A stretch of 64,000 nucleotides of DNA from a virus: IMG/VR virus record IMGVR_UViG_3300045996_003284, positions 10,248 through 74,247 of that record; one strand, 5' to 3'. Position numbers and translations under genes: made by a program. Shown piece by piece: positions 34,696-44,903 of this stretch (positions within the stretch are counted from its first letter, which is position 1; every line of letters starts with the position of its first letter). The notes under the pieces are model-generated. The model was given only the letters and a program-made list of their open reading frames with translations, searched no databases and was not told the DNA's origin.

Positions 34696-37600
34696 TCAGG
34701 TCGGGAAGGCGGTGATGCGCTTTCCATACACCCGGACGCGTCGGTAGTGACCGGAGGCGACGGCACTGTCGGCGGCGGACCGAGCGGCGAGATTGATCCG
34801 GTTCAGGCCGGTTGGTACGGTGACGGAGGTGTCTGTGCCGATGATCGCGCCGTTGACCGACGCCATTGCGTCGTTGACCTTCCAGGCCGCGGTCAGGCGG
34901 ACGTCGGTATTCTGGGGGATTGAACTGCCGGAGATGGACATTTGGGAAGCGCCGGCCGTTACGATGCTGGTCTGGAACGCCCCGCTTGCGGTCCGGGAAA
35001 TCTCGACGCGGTCCGAGGTGGCGGCGCTGGCATCACCGTCATCGATCGATACGATGGTCGCGGCGGATGAATCAACTGGCTGGATCAGGGCAATGTCGGC
35101 GATGACGGTTCCCTCGGCATCGGCGAAAGCAAGGTCCGGAACCTCGGTGCTGGTGATGTACAACGTGTCGGCGGCACGGGTGACCGGCTCCGTCGTTGTC
35201 AGGACCAGGGATGTCGCATGATCCTTGGCCTCAACCTGGGCGCCGGCCAGCAACACCGTCGCTCCAACAGTCCCCCAAAAACCCTGGTCACTGACGTCAC
35301 CGGCAATTCGCAGATAAGAGTCGGTGATGCCGGTGGTGGCGACGGTGAAGACACACTTGTAGATGCCCCCGCCCATGGAGGTCATCGATGTGGCAACCGA
35401 CACGATGTTGGTGCCGCCCGCAATCATCGTTCCCGTGGTTCCGGTCGCCAAATTGAACCAGGCGTAGCGGTCGCCCATATTGAGATAGACCCAATCGTCC
35501 AGCGTGCCTTTCTTTAAGTAGACGCTTGCTGTCAGGAAGGAATTCACCGGGAAGGTTTCCAGTTCCTGGGTAACCGTCCCTTGTTCCGATGTCTTGGTCA
35601 GAACCGACAGGGTATTGGCCCCATCCAGACCGATCCCGCCGCCGGACGATGCCGTGGTGTTGTTCTTGACCCAGGCGGCGCTGGTCAAATCGCTGCTGTT
35701 CGCCAGCAGGTTGGTGGTAGCGTCCTCCAGCAGCAGTCCAAGCGGCTCTTGTGTCGCGGGATTGAAGTTGAACCTTGGCTGATTCCCGTTTGCCTCAACG
35801 AGCCGTCCACGGTTGTTGAAGTAGGTGGCACCGGAGGGTCGGCTGAACGTTTCCACCCCGTACAGGGCGACGTGCGTCTGATAGTTCAGGTCAAGGAACG
35901 GCGCGTCGGCCCAAGAGGACCAGAAGCGCGGCAGTGTTTCGGTGGTAGCGGCGGACTCGGTATACCCATAGGTTCCCATCCGGGACCATTCCAGGTCGAC
36001 GATGCCCTTGGCAAAGGCCGGGGACGTTCCCTGGAGAACGAAACTATCCGCCCCGAAGTCCGCAAATAGCGGGTCGGCGATCTGCGAGTCGGCGTCATAG
36101 CCGCTGAGCAGAGGAAGATTGAAGTAGATGTTGTTGTTGATGACGTTGTCGGCGCCAAGCCCGTCCACGTTCCACAGGGTTCCGGTGCGCGCGGTGGTTG
36201 AGTAGTAGATGTTCTTCTGGAAGCTGTTGCGTTCCGGGTTGACGTTGCCGGTCAGGTCCCCGTTGTCGTGCAGGGTCGAAACGTACAGATCCTGCGGCTG
36301 AATGATGTGAAAGTTGTTCTCGATCACGTTATCGTCGCCACCGTGGATAAAGACCTGTCCCCAGGTGGCGCCGCGCAGGAAATTCTTGGTGACCGTGACA
36401 TCGGAAGAGAGATCGTCGAGATAGATGCAGGATGCCCGGTACGGGTCCAGCAAGGTGCCCGAGGCATTGATGCCGAAGCCGCCGGCGTCCGAGATGTAGT
36501 TGCCGGAGACGGTGGCGTTCAGGTCAACGTCGTCGGGATTGAGGAATTCAATAGCACCGGTGTCATAAGCCCGGCGGTTGGTGCGAGTGATAAAGTTGTT
36601 GGAACAGGTGAAGGCTGTATGGCCCGTGCCCGCCCCCTTGAAACTGAAGGCGTACTGACCGGCGCCATAAACGTCGTTGTAGACCACCTTCGTGTTGCTG
36701 GTGTCCTGGCAGTATAGCGCCGAGCCGGAGCCGAATTCACCCACGTCGCGGAAGGTGTTGGCGTAGATTGTCGTTCCGGACACGTTCGTGCCAATATAGA
36801 GCGCGTCTCCCGCCGTGCCTTCGAAAGTATTGCCGGCAATAAGCGTGTTGTTCCCCGACGAAATGTGGATACCAGTGCCGAGGTTGAGGAAACGACACCC
36901 ACCAAATCGCACACCCACGGCGCCGGATAGGTAGACAGCCGCGCCATCCCAGCGCACGTCGGCGAACGTGAGGTTGGAGAAGGTGACGTTGTCGGCTCCG
37001 GCGTCCATCTGGAACAGGGACTGGACGCGCGGCACCATGACTCCAAGGGACTGGAAGTTGTAGGATTCCGGCTTAACAACCAGTTTGCCATCGGACGCCC
37101 GCCAACCGAATTCGCGGGTGTTCCGGATCAGGCTCGCGTGGTTGAGCAACCGGTAGACCGATCCGGTCTTGACCGTTTCGGCTCCGGTGTCGGCCGCTGT
37201 TAGGGTGATGGTCTTGCTGGTATAGTCGATCGCCGAAACCGGCTTGAGGGTGGTTACATTGATGACGTTGGTGTCGATCGGGGACATGCCGGGGAGTTGC
37301 GCCATCAGACCCGCCTGGACCAGTCCGGCGGGAACGTCGGTGTCGCGGAAGCGGAACTGGGTCGTGCTGGGCGTAGCCACCGCGTCCGCCAGCAGAAATC
37401 CGGTGTGGTAGGGATCGGCCGGATCGAGAACGCCGGTCTGAGCCACCCGCTGGCGCTTGTTGCCGATGGCGAGATCGAGTGAGGTTATGGTCGTGCTGAC
37501 CGAGTAGAGACCGCTGCCTTCCGAAGCGAATCCAGTCAGCCGCTCACCGCCGCTGATGACAGCCGTCTCACCGGGATAACCGGCGATGGTGAGATCGGCG

Positions 37601-37863
37601 GATGATGCGGCCATGTCGATGTGCGTGGTGAAGCGGTGGGTACCACCGCGCACGTAGATCGTCTTGCGGCTGGGGTCAGCCGAAGCCATCTCAACGGCTT
37701 TGGATACCGTCAGGAAGGGTGCCCCCTGGGTGCCTGCGGCGCCGTCGCTGCCGTTGGTCGCAACGTACCAAGCGGTGACGTCGAGTGGGGTTTCCGGCTC
37801 AACCGGTGGCTCCACGGAGGTCCGACGGCGCGACCCCGTCGCGGTATGCATCATCATGCTCAT
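34696..37863 (-). CDS. Beta-helix glycan-active protein fused to a C-terminal LamG-like spike domain
   Basis: YVATNGSD...GT...PF.T, AGYPGETAVISGG, D.GAI, IYLDD.SS; TFSR.S.ATYF...PRF...GLLLE..TTNLL. Confidence 0.8.
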   Translation of the reverse strand: MSMMMHTATGSRRRTSVEPPVEPETPLDVTAWYVATNGSDGAAGTQGAPFLTVSKAVEMASADPSRKTIYVRGGTHRFTTHIDMAASSADLTIAGYPGETAVISGGERLTGFASEGSGLYSVSTTITSLDLAIGNKRQRVAQTGVLDPADPYHTGFLLADAVATPSTTQFRFRDTDVPAGLVQAGLMAQLPGMSPIDTNVINVTTLKPVSAIDYTSKTITLTAADTGAETVKTGSVYRLLNHASLIRNTREFGWRASDGKLVVKPESYNFQSLGVMVPRVQSLFQMDAGADNVTFSNLTFADVRWDGAAVYLSGAVGVRFGGCRFLNLGTGIHISSGNNTLIAGNTFEGTAGDALYIGTNVSGTTIYANTFRDVGEFGSGSALYCQDTSNTKVVYNDVYGAGQYAFSFKGAGTGHTAFTCSNNFITRTNRRAYDTGAIEFLNPDDVDLNATVSGNYISDAGGFGINASGTLLDPYRASCIYLDDLSSDVTVTKNFLRGATWGQVFIHGGDDNVIENNFHIIQPQDLYVSTLHDNGDLTGNVNPERNSFQKNIYYSTTARTGTLWNVDGLGADNVINNNIYFNLPLLSGYDADSQIADPLFADFGADSFVLQGTSPAFAKGIVDLEWSRMGTYGYTESAATTETLPRFWSSWADAPFLDLNYQTHVALYGVETFSRPSGATYFNNRGRLVEANGNQPRFNFNPATQEPLGLLLEDATTNLLANSSDLTSAAWVKNNTTASSGGGIGLDGANTLSVLTKTSEQGTVTQELETFPVNSFLTASVYLKKGTLDDWVYLNMGDRYAWFNLATGTTGTMIAGGTNIVSVATSMTSMGGGIYKCVFTVATTGITDSYLRIAGDVSDQGFWGTVGATVLLAGAQVEAKDHATSLVLTTTEPVTRAADTLYITSTEVPDLAFADAEGTVIADIALIQPVDSSAATIVSIDDGDASAATSDRVEISRTASGAFQTSIVTAGASQMSISGSSIPQNTDVRLTAAWKVNDAMASVNGAIIGTDTSVTVPTGLNRINLAARSAADSAVASGHYRRVRVYGKRITAFPT

Positions 37864-38282
37864 GCTGCGGTGTCACCGCCGAGCACGACCTGAGCGGCGG
37901 TGCCGCTGGCATTGGAAGCGACGAAAACATAAGCCTGGGCATATTGTCCGGCCGTCTTGCTGTGCCCACCGCGCGACAGCAGGGCACCGCTGGCGGCGAC
38001 CGCGACCGTAACCTGTCCAGCCCCCATCTGGACGATTCCGCATTCCCATCCGTCCGGGAGGGAATTGGGAAGTGTCAGGGTGACGGCACCGGACGAGTTA
38101 AAGACGATCCGGCGCCGGTTGTCAGCGGCGGTGGCGGTGTAACTGGCGGTCTTGGTCAGGTTGGCCTGGATGGTCCGGTCTTCCAGGGTGTCGATCAGGT
38201 CGTGCAGGTCCTGCGCCGTGATCGCTCCGGACACGCCAATCGGCATGTTGGTCTTGAGGGTGGCGATCGTCTGGATGGTCAT
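37860..38282 (-). CDS. Fibre adaptor paralog 1 (LKTNMP N-module plus beta-sandwich)
   Basis: Close paralog of 58346..58762 and 58918..59334; ATGA-coupled to 34696..37863. Confidence 0.8.
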   Translation of the reverse strand: MTIQTIATLKTNMPIGVSGAITAQDLHDLIDTLEDRTIQANLTKTASYTATAADNRRRIVFNSSGAVTLTLPNSLPDGWECGIVQMGAGQVTVAVAASGALLSRGGHSKTAGQYAQAYVFVASNASGTAAQVVLGGDTAA

Positions 38283-38299
38283 GCGAAAGCTCCAGGCAT

Positions 38300-38321
38300 A
38301 AAAAACCTCCCAAAAGGCGGT
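38300..38321 (-). terminator. Intrinsic terminator directly before the adaptor RBS
   Basis: ACCGCC-TTTTG-GGAGG-TTTTTT. Confidence 0.6.
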
Positions 38322-38362
38322 CTCAGGTGGCGAGAACCGAACAAGCGGAAGGATGGACGCTC

Positions 38363-38551
38363 TTAGTCGACTCGGATATTGCCGAGATGCGTGATGCCCA
38401 AGACGCTGAACAGGAGCCACAGGACGACAAGAACGACCACGGCGATGTTCAGAATTCGTTTGATCTTGGCGTCCATCGGCACGTAGGCATTGATGAGCCA
38501 GAGGACGACCCCCACCACGACAAGCGTGACAATGAGGCTGATAAGGTCCAT
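38363..38551 (-). CDS. Small two-TM membrane protein (Thivi_2564-like family)
   Basis: LISLIVTLVVVGVVLWLIN.YVPMD.KIK.ILN. Confidence 0.75.
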   Translation of the reverse strand: MDLISLIVTLVVVGVVLWLINAYVPMDAKIKRILNIAVVVLVVLWLLFSVLGITHLGNIRVD

Positions 38552-38597
38552 CGGGTTTCTCCATCACATAGGGGGCAGAAGGGGAAAGCACGTATTC

Positions 38598-38951
38598 TCA
38601 GGCCGGCGGGCGAATCAAGGCTTTCTTGACTGTGAAGGTGCCGGTATAGGCGGTTGCGACATCACCGGTCGCGTCGGTGATTTCAAGTTCATGATAGAAA
38701 TTGCCCGACAGGTTGAGAGTATCCTCGGGGTCTAGCACGACCGTGACCGCGCCCCCGATCGCATCCGTGATTTCAAGACCCGCCTCTTCCGTCTTGGTCA
38801 AGAGCGGGGTACTCGAAAAACCAACAGTCTTGGCACGAGAGGCTTGCCACCGCGCTGTCGCGCCGGTGATATCAAAAACATCCCCGGTTGTTGCGTCGGT
38901 GATCGTGAAATTCAGCCTTTTCGTATCGCCCTGGTACATCTCGAAACTCAT
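38598..38951 (-). CDS. BppU N-terminal-like Ig anchor protein
   Basis: YQGDT..L.FTITD....DITGA, G.V.V.L.PEDT..L.G.FY.ELEITD. Confidence 0.7.
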   Translation of the reverse strand: MSFEMYQGDTKRLNFTITDATTGDVFDITGATARWQASRAKTVGFSSTPLLTKTEEAGLEITDAIGGAVTVVLDPEDTLNLSGNFYHELEITDATGDVATAYTGTFTVKKALIRPPA

Positions 38952-41368
38952 GCAACCTCCACGCGAGCCGTCAGGCTGGTTGTTGGGGTGACCTCGCCTG
39001 TTAGGTCGACCTGGTATCGGACTGATCCAATCAGCGAGACCTGCTGCACAATGTCGGTCGCGCCATACACGATGTAGTTGCCCACGGCTGCCGTTGTGAG
39101 CATCGGCAGCATGATGACAACCGTAGCCTCACCGTCCGGAATCGTCCGGACCCCGGAGGCATCATGGTCGACAAGCCTGAGATGCGCAGCCGAAACCCCG
39201 GAGCGGATAGGGAGACTGCGGGATCCTTCTGCGTTGTGATTGGCCGCGCGCAAAAGGATTGCACTGGTGCCAAACAAATTAGGGGGGAGAGAAAGACCTG
39301 TCCCCATCCCAATAAGAGGCGCCATCGTAACGGCGACGGTCGCATCGATCGGCGGAACGCTCCGCGTGGCGGTGGCCACCGACTGGGCTTTCGGGAGTGC
39401 TGCGGCCGATTGCCCAAGCCGATCCGGGACCGTCCGTGATCCCGACGCCGCGGTTTGGCAAAGCGGGAGACGGGCCGACGCAGTACCGTTGATTCCGGGC
39501 GCGAAAACCTGCCCAGCGGAAGCGGTCGTCAGATGCGGGATTGCCGCAGCGCCGCTTCCTGTCCGTTGAGGAATCGTTCGGTCACCGGTCGCCGTTTCGA
39601 CCATCTTTGGCAAGACACCGGCGACGACGCCCAACCGGTCGGGAATTTCCCGAACACCCGTGGCTGACGCTTGTAGGGCGGCCAAACGCCCCTCAACGAG
39701 TCCATCCAGCCCGCCGATTCCACGCGCGCCGGTGGCGCTGTGACTGAGCGTGGGGGTCTGGGATTGGATCGTGCCGACAATATCCGGAAGCGTACGCGAC
39801 CCGGCTGCAACGGTGCCAAGAGCTGACAGCCGCGCAGTCGACAAACCGCTGATGCTGGGCAGAAATACCTGTCCCGCAGCAAGACTTGCCGGGAGCGAAA
39901 GCTCGGCTGCACCGGTTCCCATCCGATCCGGGATGGTCCGAGTGCCAGTTGCCGTCGTTGTCCCGATTTTTAGAGTGCTTGCAGCGGTACCCAGACGGTC
40001 TGGGATTGTCCGGCTGGCGGTTGCAACGGTTGTTAAATTGGAAAGACTCGCTGCTGACAGACCTGTCCGGTCCGGAATTGTGCGCGCGCCCGCAGCAACA
40101 CTTGCCAAAAATGAAAGCTCGGCCGAACCGGTTCCCGTCCGTTCCGGAATCGTCCGGGCACCGGTTGCCACCGTCGTCCCAATTTGCAGAATGCTTGCGG
40201 CAGTCCCAAGGCGATCTGGGATTGTCCGGCTGGCGGCTGCTGCGGTGGCAAGCTTCGCAAGACTCGCCGCTGACAGACCTGTCCGGTCCGGAATCGTACG
40301 CGTGCCCTCAGCAACCGACGTTGTTTGGGCAAGGGACGCTGCCGACGAACCCGTTCGCTCGGGGAGGGTTCGAGTTCCGGCCGCAACCGACGTTGTTTGA
40401 GAGAGGGCTGTCGCCGATGAACCCGTTCGCTCTGGAAGGATCCGGGTGCCAGCCGCCGTCGACCGGATCGTCCCAAGAGTAGCACTGGAACTTCCGGTAT
40501 AGCTTGGCGCTTCATATGCCCCAACAGCGGCGGTCGTGGCTTTGGGTAGGGTTCCGGCCGATGTGCCGGTAATCTCTGTGGTGGACGTATGAAGAGAATA
40601 AAGTTTGCGTTGCAGCGGTCTCAGAAATTGATACGGGGCTTTGTTGAGAGAGATCTGCTCTTCGGCTGTAAGCGCACGGTTCCAGATCGCTGCGTAGTAA
40701 CACGTTCCGTTTGTCCCATCCCCGTAAGCCACCACATTGCGATTCATCAAGATGACGGTTTTGTCCGCACCAAAGAGAATCGGAGCGCTGTCAAACGTGT
40801 TCGATGTCGTTGATTTTGAGACACCGTTCAGACGGAGAGTCGCCGACGTATCCGACCGGGTTGCGATAAGATGCTGGGAACTCGCCGTGGGAAATGAGCC
40901 ATTTTCAAAAATCGCGGCTCTCGGATTGTTCGCCACGCCATAAGCATATTGCAGAGAAATTCGGGTGGTCGAACTATCCCGAGTCAGTGAGATAGGCTGA
41001 TAGGGGATCGCATGTTCGGTACTGTAATAGGGAAGATGAACAAGACGGCCGTTGCTCGCTGACGACCGGATATCGACGAGGGTAGAAACCGTAAACGCGG
41101 TCGTAATGGTACCAACGGTTTGAGCGCTGTAACCATAAGCGACGCCGACCGAAATCGTGGAAATGGAGTTGAATCCAACTCCACTGGGGCCGGCGGCTAT
41201 CTGAGCGGCGTTGATATAAGTTGGCAGGGAACGATTGACGAGTTCTGGGGCTCCTCTCTGTCCGGGGAGGGCATAGAACACCAACCCGCGCGTCAGCGGA
41301 TGAGACCAGTCGATCTCGACCGGGCCGGTTGGCTGCTGAAGCCAGCGGGTTGGAAAGATCAGGGCCAT
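38948..41368 (-). CDS. LamG-tipped protein with ~21 x 24-aa repeats (putative long filament core/ruler)
   Basis: HPL.RGLVF...IWNRAL LamG domain followed by A.G.RT.P.R.G repeats. Confidence 0.75.
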   Translation of the reverse strand: MALIFPTRWLQQPTGPVEIDWSHPLTRGLVFYALPGQRGAPELVNRSLPTYINAAQIAAGPSGVGFNSISTISVGVAYGYSAQTVGTITTAFTVSTLVDIRSSASNGRLVHLPYYSTEHAIPYQPISLTRDSSTTRISLQYAYGVANNPRAAIFENGSFPTASSQHLIATRSDTSATLRLNGVSKSTTSNTFDSAPILFGADKTVILMNRNVVAYGDGTNGTCYYAAIWNRALTAEEQISLNKAPYQFLRPLQRKLYSLHTSTTEITGTSAGTLPKATTAAVGAYEAPSYTGSSSATLGTIRSTAAGTRILPERTGSSATALSQTTSVAAGTRTLPERTGSSAASLAQTTSVAEGTRTIPDRTGLSAASLAKLATAAAASRTIPDRLGTAASILQIGTTVATGARTIPERTGTGSAELSFLASVAAGARTIPDRTGLSAASLSNLTTVATASRTIPDRLGTAASTLKIGTTTATGTRTIPDRMGTGAAELSLPASLAAGQVFLPSISGLSTARLSALGTVAAGSRTLPDIVGTIQSQTPTLSHSATGARGIGGLDGLVEGRLAALQASATGVREIPDRLGVVAGVLPKMVETATGDRTIPQRTGSGAAAIPHLTTASAGQVFAPGINGTASARLPLCQTAASGSRTVPDRLGQSAAALPKAQSVATATRSVPPIDATVAVTMAPLIGMGTGLSLPPNLFGTSAILLRAANHNAEGSRSLPIRSGVSAAHLRLVDHDASGVRTIPDGEATVVIMLPMLTTAAVGNYIVYGATDIVQQVSLIGSVRYQVDLTGEVTPTTSLTARVEVA
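39075..40575 (-). repeat. 72-bp-period coding repeat, ~21 units, including a 216-bp higher-order duplication
   Basis: e.g. AAGTRTLPERTGSSAASLAQTTSV / AEGTRTIPDRTGLSAASLAKLATA. Confidence 0.85.
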
Positions 41369-41375
41369 CGGTGTG

Positions 41376-41810
41376 TCAGACCGTCTGGGCGGTCAAGCCC
41401 TGCCATCCAACCGTCGTCGCGGTTGCTGCGTCGAGCGCTGCTCCCGTCATATTGCGGATTCGCAGTTGCCAGTAGTTCGGCATGGAGCCGTTAAACCCCG
41501 CGGCCAGACTGACAACGCGTTTGCGCGTTTGCACGCCCGCCGCCGCGAGAGAAATCGTGCCCACCCATTTATCGTTGACATCATCATCAAAATCGGTGTT
41601 ATCGACACTGCCCTTCAGCCAGATCTCGACATAGCCCGTCGCCGTCGCGCCAGACAGCGTCGTCACCTGGATTTCCGCCAGAACATCAAGGTAGTTGGTT
41701 GTCGCGTTGCTCACGGTCGGCGATGTTGCGGAGGAGGAATTGGCCAGCGACGTCAGGCCCGTAATTGTCAGGGTTTGGACCGAGCCATACAGGGTTTTGA
41801 TTTCAGCCAT
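41376..41810 (-). CDS. Beta-sandwich virion protein, paralog of 44904..45332
   Basis: LT..GL..LAN.SSATS..V.N...YLDVL, NDKW.GT, P..W..R.RN.TGAA, AQTV. Confidence 0.75.
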   Translation of the reverse strand: MAEIKTLYGSVQTLTITGLTSLANSSSATSPTVSNATTNYLDVLAEIQVTTLSGATATGYVEIWLKGSVDNTDFDDDVNDKWVGTISLAAAGVQTRKRVVSLAAGFNGSMPNYWQLRIRNMTGAALDAATATTVGWQGLTAQTV

Positions 41811-41897
41811 TGCTTACGTTCCAGCCTCTTCGCGCGCAGGACAGCGGACCTGACGTCACCCTGACATCAGGGTCGTCGATGGACAGATCAGAACCGA

Positions 41898-42311
41898 CTA
41901 GGCCGTCGGCATGGTAATGGTGACCGAGGAGATCGAGACGACACCGCCGGTGACAATGTTGGTTGCGGACAGGTTGAGCTGTTGGCCACTGGTTCCGACC
42001 GTTCCTTGATAAACAACAGTGGTCCCGTCCGACTGCAGTGCCCGAAAGAACGTTGCCGTTCCATCCGCGTCGGCACCACTGTCCTGGGTGATGGCGTTGG
42101 CTGTGATGATCCGGTCGGCACCACTGGCCGATGCCGACCCAAACGCCGTCGCACCGAAGCGCAGTTCGGCCAGCAGGGTGTTGCCGCTCAGGGCAGCGTT
42201 GGCCGTCGCGGGCTCGGTTCCCGAATAGATTCGGATGTAGCCGGTGTTGAGGGACGTGGCGATGGTGCTGAGCATCGCATCAGCGGTGGCGTTCGTGATC
42301 TTCATGGCCAT
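41898..42311 (-). CDS. ~14 kDa putative filament subunit, paralog B
   Basis: RIYSG.EP......LSGNTLLAEL, ADGTATFFRAL.SDGTT. Confidence 0.75.
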   Translation of the reverse strand: MAMKITNATADAMLSTIATSLNTGYIRIYSGTEPATANAALSGNTLLAELRFGATAFGSASASGADRIITANAITQDSGADADGTATFFRALQSDGTTVVYQGTVGTSGQQLNLSATNIVTGGVVSISSVTITMPTA

Positions 42312-42328
42312 GGCGGATCTCCAGACAT

Positions 42329-42353
42329 AAAAAAAGCCACCGGAAAGGGCGGC
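42329..42353 (-). terminator. Intrinsic terminator before subunit B
   Basis: GC stem plus TTTTTT, then ATGTCTGGAG. Confidence 0.7.
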
Positions 42354-42391
42354 TGACGGAAGAGAGCGGAGCAGGGAAGGCAGTCGACCGC

Positions 42392-42814
42392 TTAGACCGG
42401 CATCGCGACGGTCAAAGACTGGATGTCGACCGGACCGCCGAGATAGACTTGATAGGGGTTAACGCCCGGTCCGGTCATGACCAGTTCGGCGCTGTCACCG
42501 GCCGCGCCCTGCAGGATGATGGTGGTCCCGTCTGACTTCAGCGCCCGGAAGAAGGTGGCGATACCCTCAGCATTGGCGCTGGTGTCGGAGGCAATCAGGT
42601 TGGCGGTGATCACCCGGTTGGAACCGCTCGTCGAAGGTGTGCCGAAGGCGGTGGCGCTGAAGGTCAATTCCGCCAACAGGGTATTGCCCGATAGGGCGGT
42701 CGTGGCGGTTTCCGGCTCGCTCCCGGAGTAGATCCGCAGGATGCCGCTGTTCAGCGCAGTGCTCAGTCCGGACAGCAGGGTATCAGCCCCGGACGGGGAC
42801 AGTTTGGTGGCCAT
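42392..42814 (-). CDS. ~14 kDa putative filament subunit, paralog A
   Basis: Clear paralog of 41898..42311. Confidence 0.75.
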   Translation of the reverse strand: MATKLSPSGADTLLSGLSTALNSGILRIYSGSEPETATTALSGNTLLAELTFSATAFGTPSTSGSNRVITANLIASDTSANAEGIATFFRALKSDGTTIILQGAAGDSAELVMTGPGVNPYQVYLGGPVDIQSLTVAMPV

Positions 42815-42827
42815 TGTGACTCCAATG

Positions 42828-42849
42828 AAAAAGCCGCCCGAAAGGCGGC
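42828..42849 (-). terminator. Intrinsic terminator before subunit A
   Basis: GCCGCC-TTTCG-GGCGGC-TTTTT. Confidence 0.8.
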
Positions 42850-42890
42850 CTGGCGAATCGGATAGTGCAGGCCGGAAGGCCCAATACGGG

Positions 42891-43184
42891 TTAAACGGCG
42901 GCGCAGATCAGACGACGGTAGCGCCCCTTCATGTCGGGATTGCCGGCCTTCGGGTCGGTCACAGCGATGACCCGGTAGGTCGCGCCGTCGAAGTCGATCC
43001 GCGTGCCGGCTTTGACCGTGACGTCGCCCCGGACATAGATTTCATGGGTTGCCCGGTAGCGGGCGGCATCGTCGGCGCTGAGCGGGCCTAGGGCGGCGCT
43101 CACCGCCCGATCGCCGATCATGATGGTTCGGCGTCCGCTGTCTGCGGTGCCGGCGCGGTCCAGCCGGGGCACATGAAAAACCAT
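42891..43184 (-). CDS. Second head-closure-like (SPP1 gp16-like) protein
   Basis: ATHEIYVR....VKAG.RI.FDG.TY.V.AV.DP......LIC. Confidence 0.5.
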   Translation of the reverse strand: MVFHVPRLDRAGTADSGRRTIMIGDRAVSAALGPLSADDAARYRATHEIYVRGDVTVKAGTRIDFDGATYRVIAVTDPKAGNPDMKGRYRRLICAAV

Positions 43185-43196
43185 CCGCGCTCTCCT

Positions 43197-44897
43197 TTAG
43201 CTTGTTGGGTAGCCGAGTTTCCTGACCGTCACGCCGATCTCGCGCTCGAAGACCTGTCCGCGGTTGGTCGTGATGGTGCAGATCACGGTGTGCAGTTCGC
43301 CCGGTGGGTTCCAGTTGCTCTTGTCTTGGTCATCAGGATCGATGTAGAGCCAGACCGTGACATTGCGGTCATCGTTGGTGCGGGCATAGAAGCGCAGACC
43401 GACCAGGGTTGCCAGGGCAGACGGCAGCAGTTTGATCGAACTGATGCTGGCGCCGACACCCGTCAGTTCCATGTCGCAGTTGATGGTGTAGGCTTTCAGT
43501 TCGCGCGGCCCCAGCGGCGCGGCCCAGTTGACGGTCTGTGCACCAGTACCGAAATCGACCGTTCGCCAACTTGGCGCCAGGATGTGGGGCAGGCTGGGAA
43601 TGTTCAGCGGATCGGCTGGAACGCCGATGGCACGCACCGTCAGGTCGGGCAACCGGATGGCTGCGGCCCCCGGCATCAACTGTGGTTTTGGCGTGGAGAC
43701 GACGGCGACAGTTGCCGAGGGAAGAGCGATCTGCACGTCGCTGCTGCGAAGGGGCGGGAACGGTTGGGCTTCGGTCGCAAAAATTGGGGACGGCAGAAGA
43801 ATCGAAACCGCAAGGTTCTGTAGGGGGAGACCGGTATCCGCGGTTACGCTGATGGTGGGGCTTCCCAGCGTAGCCTGGATGTCCCCGTTGTTGCCAATGG
43901 GGCGGGCAATTGCTTGAACGGCAACGCGGGGTTGGACGACAAGACTGACGTCTGCCGTAACCGTCGGCGCGATGTCAAATTCTGTACTAAACTCGTAGCT
44001 GAATTCCATGCCGAATTCAGACTCATCCGGTTGGGCCGAATTTGCCTGAACGGTTGGAACGGGAAGAGCAAGGCCGATGGTGCCTATAGGGTGGGGGGGA
44101 ACACTCAGAAGCGGCAGATAGTAGGTTGACGGGGGGAGCGGCGTTTCGAGAAAATCATAGGGAGCGTCAGTGATCAGGCGTTGTTCTGCGTCCGATAACG
44201 CCCGATTCCAGATGTAGCAGTACAGGATGCCGCCGCCGGTGCCGCTGCCGGTGATGGTGTCCGACCGGTTCATATAGACGACCGACGTCGCGGTACCGTA
44301 TCCGACCACACTCGACGCGGTGAAGTAGTTGGTTCCGATGATGTCGAGCTGGACGTTGTTGCGGCGCAGGGTGGCGGTGGCTCCCTTGCGGGTGGCGACG
44401 TAGGACGAGGTGGTGCCAGAGAACACCGCCGACTCAAACGAGCAGTTTTCCGGGCTCCCCGTGGCTGTGCCGATCTCCAGCATGGCGAGGGTCTGGTTCG
44501 TGACCCGCCGCAAGGCCATGACAACCGCCGGCGCGGTGAAAGATGAGTTGTTCTTCGGCACCGAGATGATGCGGGACGAATCGCCGAGCGTTTCCGCGAC
44601 GAATTCGCAGGCGATTGTAAACTCGTTGCCGATGGTCCGGAAGGTGTCTGTGTTATAGGGCGTCCACCAACCGTTTCCAGTCGTTGACGGTGACCAGAAT
44701 CCGACGCCGTTGGTAAAGGTCTTCATCTCGGACGTGCCGAGCGGATGCGAGCGCAGTCCGCCGATCAGGTCCGGATTGCCGTGCGCACCGCCCACCGTGC
44801 CGAACACCAGACCGCGCGCCAGCGGGTGGTTCTGATTCAGGATGGTCGGACCGGACGGCTGACGGCGCCAGCGTCCAGGAATGAGCAGGAACGCCAT
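43197..44897 (-). CDS. LamG-tipped protein with ~6 x 24-aa repeats, FxxxF motif and fused C-terminal anchor domain
   Basis: N-terminus paralogous to 38948..41368; C-terminus paralogous to 45836..46309. Confidence 0.75.
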   Translation of the reverse strand: MAFLLIPGRWRRQPSGPTILNQNHPLARGLVFGTVGGAHGNPDLIGGLRSHPLGTSEMKTFTNGVGFWSPSTTGNGWWTPYNTDTFRTIGNEFTIACEFVAETLGDSSRIISVPKNNSSFTAPAVVMALRRVTNQTLAMLEIGTATGSPENCSFESAVFSGTTSSYVATRKGATATLRRNNVQLDIIGTNYFTASSVVGYGTATSVVYMNRSDTITGSGTGGGILYCYIWNRALSDAEQRLITDAPYDFLETPLPPSTYYLPLLSVPPHPIGTIGLALPVPTVQANSAQPDESEFGMEFSYEFSTEFDIAPTVTADVSLVVQPRVAVQAIARPIGNNGDIQATLGSPTISVTADTGLPLQNLAVSILLPSPIFATEAQPFPPLRSSDVQIALPSATVAVVSTPKPQLMPGAAAIRLPDLTVRAIGVPADPLNIPSLPHILAPSWRTVDFGTGAQTVNWAAPLGPRELKAYTINCDMELTGVGASISSIKLLPSALATLVGLRFYARTNDDRNVTVWLYIDPDDQDKSNWNPPGELHTVICTITTNRGQVFEREIGVTVRKLGYPTS

Positions 44898-44903
44898 TGC
44901 CGC

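Noticed and set aside
39075-40575. Regular repeats as a CRISPR array
   Set aside because: These are degenerate in-frame 72-bp coding repeats with no unique spacers and no cas genes
41847-41874. CCTGAC-containing inverted repeat as a recombination site matching the 12.1-12.3 kb junctions
   Set aside because: Only a 6-9 nt match, and it forms an ordinary intergenic hairpin
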